This document shows positions 34,154-39,858 of a stretch of DNA of 39,858 bases, piece by piece. Position numbers and translations under genes: made by a program. The notes under the pieces are model-generated. The model did no database searches. It worked only from the letters and a program-made list of their open reading frames with translations, and was not told where the DNA came from. Source of the stretch: Sarea resinae (Eukaryota); contig JAPEUD010000038.1 of the NCBI GenBank assembly GCA_026026165.1, positions 186,001 through 225,858 of the forward strand. Reading direction: 5' to 3'. Each line of letters opens with the position of its first letter. The first letter of the stretch is position 1.

Positions 34154-35938
34154 ATGCTCTCAACGGTGCCACCACTCCCAGGCCCTGCGCCCACAGCTTC
34201 CAGGGCCAGAGAAAGCGACTCGCGACCATCTGGCGATAACGTGCCAGGTTTCGGCAATTACAATGCTGAGGGCACTGGGACGCAGCATTCCGAGCGAGCA
34301 ACAACACTGACCCCATTGTCCAAGGCCATGACCCGGAATTCTGAAACCGCATTCGCAGAGAAAGGAGATATATCCACATCGCAGACCCACCCGAGCCCCT
34401 CGTCTAACGGCGGTCCCAGGATCCTTGTCATAGGAGCCGGCTCGCGGGGAAATGCCTACGCGCGCGCCATCGCCGAGTCCACGAACGGCATCGTCGCGGC
34501 CGTCGCAGAACCCATCGCGTCGAAGCGCCAGGAGCTGGGGCGCCGGTATATCTGGGGTGAAACGGGGCAGTCGGGCCCGGGCCAGGAGTTCGAAGACTGG
34601 GCGCAATTCCTCGAGTATGAAGAAGATCGCCGGAGACGAAAGGCCCGTGGAGAAGACGTCCCCGAGGGTGTTGATGGCGTGCTGGTGTGCGTTCTGGACG
34701 AATTGCACAAGAGGGTCATCACGGGACTCGCGCATCTGGAGCTTCATGTCTTGAGTGAGAAGCCTCTGGCGACCACCCTTGGGGACTGTCTGGATATCTG
34801 GGCGTCTTTGCGGCCAAAGAAGGCTGGGGAGAAGCCGAGGACCATCTTCGCTATTGGTCATGTGCTGAGGTATAGCCCGCATAATATGCTTCTCCGGAAG
34901 CTGCTACTGGAAGACAACGTGATTGGGGATATCATATCAATCGAGCATACTGAACCGGTGGGATGGTGGCATTTTTCGCATAGCTATGTCAGGGGAAACT
35001 GGCGGAAGGAATCGAGTACCGCGCCGTCCCTCCTGACAAAGTCCTGTCACGACATCGACTTCATCCTGTGGCTGCTATGCTCACCACCGCCTCACTCAAG
35101 GGAGCCAGCACACTTGCCAGCCCGTCTGACTTCGACGGGATCGTTGGTGTATTTCAGGAAGTCAAATAAACCGCCATTAGCGGCCAACGCTACGAATTGT
35201 CTATCTTGCCCGGCAGAGCAGCAATGCATCTATAGCGCCAAAAAGATATACCTCGAAAAACAACTCCAGAAGGGAAATGCCGACTGGCCCGTCAACATTG
35301 TAGATCCCGAAATTGAAGACTTGTTCGCGAATCAAGGTCCAAAGCCCGCATCAAAAAGACTACTTGAGCGCCTCGCGGAAGACTACGATACCCCTTCCGA
35401 GGAAGCCGATAGGCGCCCATGGTTCGGGCGATGCGTCTATGAATCCGCAAACGATGTTTGTGACGACCAGAACGTGATCATCAACTGGGACGAAGATCGT
35501 TGTCCCTCGTCGTCTACTTCGATATCCCGACACAGAGGCCCCAAAACGGCCATCTTCCACATGGTCGCGTTCACGGAAGCGCAGTGCGAGCGCCGAGGCC
35601 GTGTCTACGGCACCCGAGGAGAGATCGAATATGACTCGCGCGCCATCAGTGTCTTTACCTTTGGGTCCGGAGAGAAGGAAATACACTATCCGCCTCAGCC
35701 TGGCGGAGGACACGGAGGGGGTGACGACGGGCTGGCTACGCAGTTCATCCGCGCCATCGATGCGGTCAAGGATGGCGGGATGAGCGTCGAGACGGCCCAG
35801 AGAGAGCACATCGGGTGTGATATCGAGGAGATGATAAGGAGCCATGCCATGGTTTTCGCCGCGGAAGAGGCGCGGGTGGAGAAGAAGGTGGTGGGATGTC
35901 ATGAGTGGTGGATCAAGAATATGGGGCCAAACCTCTAA
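34154..35938 (+). CDS. Gfo/Idh/MocA-family NAD(P)-dependent oxidoreductase (StrI-like), 594 aa
   Basis: Rossmann ILVIGAGSRGNAYA, HVLSEKPLA, IGHVLRYSP, HSYVRGNWR, LLTKSCHDID, GRCVY..NDVCDDQ and GGHGGGD. Confidence 0.92.
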   Translation: MLSTVPPLPGPAPTASRARESDSRPSGDNVPGFGNYNAEGTGTQHSERATTLTPLSKAMTRNSETAFAEKGDISTSQTHPSPSSNGGPRILVIGAGSRGNAYARAIAESTNGIVAAVAEPIASKRQELGRRYIWGETGQSGPGQEFEDWAQFLEYEEDRRRRKARGEDVPEGVDGVLVCVLDELHKRVITGLAHLELHVLSEKPLATTLGDCLDIWASLRPKKAGEKPRTIFAIGHVLRYSPHNMLLRKLLLEDNVIGDIISIEHTEPVGWWHFSHSYVRGNWRKESSTAPSLLTKSCHDIDFILWLLCSPPPHSREPAHLPARLTSTGSLVYFRKSNKPPLAANATNCLSCPAEQQCIYSAKKIYLEKQLQKGNADWPVNIVDPEIEDLFANQGPKPASKRLLERLAEDYDTPSEEADRRPWFGRCVYESANDVCDDQNVIINWDEDRCPSSSTSISRHRGPKTAIFHMVAFTEAQCERRGRVYGTRGEIEYDSRAISVFTFGSGEKEIHYPPQPGGGHGGGDDGLATQFIRAIDAVKDGGMSVETAQREHIGCDIEEMIRSHAMVFAAEEARVEKKVVGCHEWWIKNMGPNL

Positions 35939-38029
35939 CATGAGCGGATAGACAGACGACGAAGTGTTTCGACGAGGGCTGGAGCAAGGCAGGATATTTT
36001 TCAATGAGCTTTGGTTTGACGACTGATGAAACCCCCTCCCCTGGATTTTTCTTCTTCGTCTCTAGGATAGATAGCTACCTTGGAAAAGCGTCGCATTTGC
36101 AGAACACTACTGGCAAGGTCACAACAAGTCAGTCATGAGATCGACGCATCCATACAATCGTTGCGGCGTGCAGAAGGGCTCTCGCGCAGGAGATCATCAA
36201 GTCGAAACCAAATGCTCGAAAACAATTTCCCGTCTCAAACGTAAATCATAATGCCTTAGCGGTATGATTGATGATCAGACCAATCAGAGCAGCAGCTTGG
36301 CGTATGAGTCGCAGGTTCTCTGTCAATGGTGAGGTGACGGGAGTCGTCGTGTAAGTACGTGTCAGTGGGAGTGGGTGGGTGTGGTCCCGTGTGGGCGTCG
36401 ATGTGGTGGGGGACGGATATGATGCAAGACTGGACTGCAAGTGGTCGGCATGACTGCGGGCTGCGGGTAACGCGACGGGCCGTCCTGTCGTTGGATGGCA
36501 AAGTCGAGGGACAGTACGGAGTTGATACTTCGTACGAAAGTACAGAGAGACTCACAATGGTTGATGACCTCTGTGAAACGTCCCATACGCCTTTCAACGC
36601 CGGATGAGATTAGACATCGTAGCCAAGGAAACAGTGTTCCGATCATGGTGATGACAATCATGCGGAGGATCATAATAATAGCGCTTTTGCCTTTTTCCTT
36701 TTTCCCTTTTCCCTTTTCCTTTTTCATTTCTCCTCTTGATACTCCTAGAGACGCAGACAGCCAAGCAAGAATAGGAATGGCAACCTTGCAGCGGCATCTG
36801 AGATGGGCCTTCCCCTACCGGCCCAGCAAGGCCCGGGTTCGAGGGTCAGTCCGGGCGGGCGGGCCTGGGCACGGCTCGCCAATCAGGCCCATCTCCACGC
36901 GCTGGACCCCCGCCGTGACTTGCATTCCACCCACTCTCGTGTGTCCCGCTGTCCCAGCGCCGGCGCCTCATCGATCATGGACCGCATGGCATTCTGCTCC
37001 TTCCCCTGCTGCACCGGGGTCGGGGCCAGGGGACATGCCAATGGTTGACCCGTGCTTACGCCGAGACGGTACGAAGTTACTGGTGCAGGCTCTAAGTTTG
37101 GGTCGCGCATGCCATGTCGGCGGCTAGACAGACATGTCAGAGGGAGAGAGGGAGAATGAGAGAGGGGAGAGGGGAGGAGGAGGAGGAGAGAGGGGACATC
37201 TGGCCCCCATCTTTCGCTGCCTCTGACTGTGATCTGCTGCTGACCGACCTGACTAGTCTGTACTCGTCTGTCCTCCGTACTCCGTCCTCCGTACTCCGGA
37301 GTACCACGCTCGCTGGCTCGACACTACCAAGAGTCCTTGGAGCTAATGGCCGCTAATTTCCCCAAGGGGCAATCTTATTCTTAGGTGGTGACCATCGCGC
37401 ACGGTACCACGCGGCCGTATCAGGCTATCAATGTGCCCAAAATAGGTATTTGAGGGCTTTTGGGCCTGTTTGCGTTGGCGCGCGACTTGCTCAAACTCGG
37501 GGGCCCGACTCCCTACTCCCTACTCCATCCTCCACCCTCCGTACTCCGTATCTGTCCCAAAGAAGCCGACCCTGCCGGATCCAGGAACGGCCCTGATCGC
37601 TCTTACCCAAGGCAGCCGTGACAGATCGGCTTGAGATCGCTGACCGCCCGAACGGGATAGCGCTGCCTCCGACCGGACCCCAAAATAGCATCTTTCGGTT
37701 TGGGATGCCCTGACGGCCGCCGTCAAGGCCGCCTGTTTCAATCCATCATCCCAGATTGGGACGTTGTTTCTGATTCAGATCTGCGTCGGACCTCTCTTGC
37801 ATCATGTTTCAACATGACATGTCTGCACGAACTCATGAACCATGTAGCACCGACCTGCTCTTCGCAATGCCCGCCAGAAGGATAAGTATGGAGCACATCA
37901 CCGACTCTGTTCGCCGTGTGCTCCAGTATCACGATCCTTCCAACGAGTTTCCTTTCTTTCCTTTCCTTCGGCGCTGAACATAGAATAATAAAGAGCTGGC
38001 CTCTTTGCAATCCATCTTAAAGTCTTAAT

Positions 38030-38086
38030 GTAAGTCGTCCCCTTCCACCTCGAGTTGATGGTCACTGATGGTTGTGTCGCATGAAG
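38030..38086 (+). other. Probable 5'UTR intron ending 1 nt before the ATG at 38088
   Basis: GTAAGT donor at 38030, CACTGAT branch at ~38063 and AAG acceptor at 38086; 57 nt, similar to other introns in the window. Confidence 0.55.
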
Positions 38087-38087
38087 A

Positions 38088-39737
38088 ATGGCGTCCTACA
38101 ATTCTTCTTATTATAGACCTATCACACCTCCCTTCAATGGAGACAACCAATCCCTTCTGCCCGATAGCGCTCACAGTCGCACAACCTCCGGCTCGTCCCT
38201 CTACTCGACCAATTCCTCGCCCGACTCGATCAACACCGCCTTGACCACTCCCATCAAGTCTCCGATCAGAAACCATGGCCCTCTTCTGTTGCCCAAAATT
38301 AGACCGCAGGATCAGAATTTTGATACTCCACCACCATCGAAGCGTCACCGGAAAGCGCTGTCAAATACCTTCAATCCTCCTGGTACCTACTTGGAAAAGC
38401 CAGCTGTACCGCGCAGCAGCACCAGCCCGCCGGACTGTGCCTCCTTGACATCCCCCCTATCAGCTGTATCTGCCTCCTCTGTAGATAGCTTTCAGAGCAG
38501 CTCCACTCTCAGTTCCCCCCTCGCCTTGCATTCTGCTCAGAATCGTCGCCCGGGGTACCACTCACGCTCGGCTTCTGCTTCGAGCTTGGATAACGTGATC
38601 CTTGGGAGATTTGGTTTCCCCACCTACCGTCAATATCCGTCCTACCTGCCGCCGGCGCAGTATAGCCCGTCGGTGGTTCCGGGCTCGTCGACTTTCGTTC
38701 CTCCTTCTCCACCAAGACGTCCGGTACGCCAACACATTTTACCCGCAGAATTGCAATACAGTATATCCGAAGTAGATACCTCTACAACCACTCTCCTTGA
38801 CTATCTAACGGCCCCAAACCCAACTCCCAGTCTTGTGCGCCACATCAGCAATCTCGGCCGAGGAGCGAATCTGCACTTTTGGTGGGACATTCGAAATTTG
38901 CGAACCTGGACGGATTTCACCCTGGAGACCATCGAGCGCATCCCGGACTTTAATCGACTGCTGCGGACAGAGGTTCCGGCAAACGCACTGCCTACTCCGA
39001 GCCAGGGCACTTCCAACCTCCAGCCCGAGACGGAAGCGGCTCTGCAGGATCTATGTAAAGATTACTATGCAACCAAGGTCAACGCTGCTTCGAAAGTCGC
39101 CCAAGGCCAACCTCACATCTCCATGCGCGTCCAATTGTCTCGCGATGGTCGACGGCAGCCTGAATTTGTGTCCTCGTATCAAGACGACTTCGAGGGGACC
39201 ATCTATGGGGGTGGACGCGGCAGAGTGGTCGGAATCGTCAAGTCCTTTGATCGATGGAACACGGGCATGCGCACGGATAAGCCGCACCGCCAAGTTGAAT
39301 ACCTGCAAGGGCTCTCGCATCTGCACCGCCACATGCGCGAGAACAGCTGCCGCTACGGCTTCATCATCACGGAAATCGAACTCGTCTGCGTGCGCGCGGG
39401 GACGGAGCCGATTCCGCACTTTGGCTTCCTCGAGCTCGCCAAGCCCATCTCCATCGAGACACGCGGGCGCGACCAACTGACGGCCTGTCTGGCCCTTTGG
39501 TACCTGCATATGCTGGCCAAGGAGGTGCCGCTACTGGGCCAGGCCGGTGCCAAGATGAACGTCGGCCCGCCCGCGGCGCTCTCGCGGAACAACTGTCTCG
39601 ACAAGGATGACTGGATCCCGCAGCCGCAGATTGGAGAGAAGCGCGAGGCCAAGAGGTTGAGGGGTTGGGTGTTTCCTGAGGAACCGTATCATCGGCGGGA
39701 AGGGCCGGGTCGGCCGGGGAAGCGGTGGCATAAGTGA
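38088..39737 (+). CDS. Uncharacterised fungal protein (549 aa): S/P-rich disordered N-half plus a globular C-terminal domain
   Basis: Intronless ORF with codon bias. The C-half has conserved-looking blocks FWWDIRNLRTWTDF, RVVGIVKSFDRWN, HMRENSCRYGFIITEIELVCVR and LTACLALWYLHMLA. Confidence 0.88.
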   Translation: MASYNSSYYRPITPPFNGDNQSLLPDSAHSRTTSGSSLYSTNSSPDSINTALTTPIKSPIRNHGPLLLPKIRPQDQNFDTPPPSKRHRKALSNTFNPPGTYLEKPAVPRSSTSPPDCASLTSPLSAVSASSVDSFQSSSTLSSPLALHSAQNRRPGYHSRSASASSLDNVILGRFGFPTYRQYPSYLPPAQYSPSVVPGSSTFVPPSPPRRPVRQHILPAELQYSISEVDTSTTTLLDYLTAPNPTPSLVRHISNLGRGANLHFWWDIRNLRTWTDFTLETIERIPDFNRLLRTEVPANALPTPSQGTSNLQPETEAALQDLCKDYYATKVNAASKVAQGQPHISMRVQLSRDGRRQPEFVSSYQDDFEGTIYGGGRGRVVGIVKSFDRWNTGMRTDKPHRQVEYLQGLSHLHRHMRENSCRYGFIITEIELVCVRAGTEPIPHFGFLELAKPISIETRGRDQLTACLALWYLHMLAKEVPLLGQAGAKMNVGPPAALSRNNCLDKDDWIPQPQIGEKREAKRLRGWVFPEEPYHRREGPGRPGKRWHK

Positions 39738-39805
39738 TGTGATGTGATGTGCTGTGCTGCGTGGCTATTTTTTGCTTTCTTTTGTTTCATGCATTTTTGG
39801 CGCTA

Positions 39806-39813
39806 GGGGGGGG

Positions 39814-39850
<37 letters not shown>
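39806..39850 (+). repeat. Poly-G run (G8-C-G36) at the window end
   Basis: Directly visible; 8 nt from the end of the sequence, possibly a contig-end artefact. Confidence 0.8.
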
Positions 39851-39852
<2 letters not shown>

Positions 39853-39858
39853 TTTTCC

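Noticed and set aside
36023..36060. CTGATGA resembling a hammerhead ribozyme core or snoRNA C box
   Set aside because: No stem II followed by GAAA and no flanking helices; no convincing D box with a terminal stem.
36820..36870. GC-rich hairpin-like segment (GCCCAG...CTGGGC), plus small hairpins at ~37688-37725
   Set aside because: Short stems are expected by chance at this GC content, and no SRP, RNase P, snRNA, tRNA or TPP-riboswitch motifs were recognised.
36246..37127. Possible small spliced gene on the minus strand (GTGAGT at ~36554, acceptor at ~36320) and the 210-aa plus-strand ORF 36495-37127
   Set aside because: Splicing creates an immediate stop, and the peptides are low-complexity with no codon bias. 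A non-coding transcript cannot be excluded.
39806..39850. Poly-G tract as a functional G-quadruplex
   Set aside because: It lies at the extreme end of the sequence, where homopolymer or poly-G sequencing and assembly artefacts are likely, so its length is unreliable.

Overview
Gene-dense eukaryotic DNA from a filamentous ascomycete (Pezizomycotina-like), judged from short GT-AG introns with CTRAY branch points. I resolved 15 protein-coding genes by hand: ATG11 (5'-truncated), a two-TM hypothetical protein, DEF1, a putative mitochondrial hypothetical protein, an Hva1/DUF2945 Tudor-like protein, a UBP16/USP30-like deubiquitinase, mitochondrial bL9m, FBA1, an OSCA/TMEM63 (DUF221) channel, PGM2, KES1/OSH4, REX2, a Gfo/Idh/MocA oxidoreductase and an uncharacterised protein with a possible degenerate PD-(D/E)xK fold (ATG11 is listed as two isoforms). 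I found no tRNA, rRNA, CRISPR array or recognisable transposon. This is mostly housekeeping DNA, and I see no clear new multi-gene system. The best leads are RNA-processing switches. First, an optional 153-nt intron in ATG11 swaps a 9-aa C-terminus for a 100-aa tail carrying a WxxL motif. Second, REX2 needs a GC-AG intron to build its active site and has two in-frame ATGs. Other leads are a UBAP2L-like motif in DEF1, a recurrent intergenic TAC-N3-GTA palindrome and a TpA-rich microsatellite island. Family assignments come from motif recognition, not database searches.
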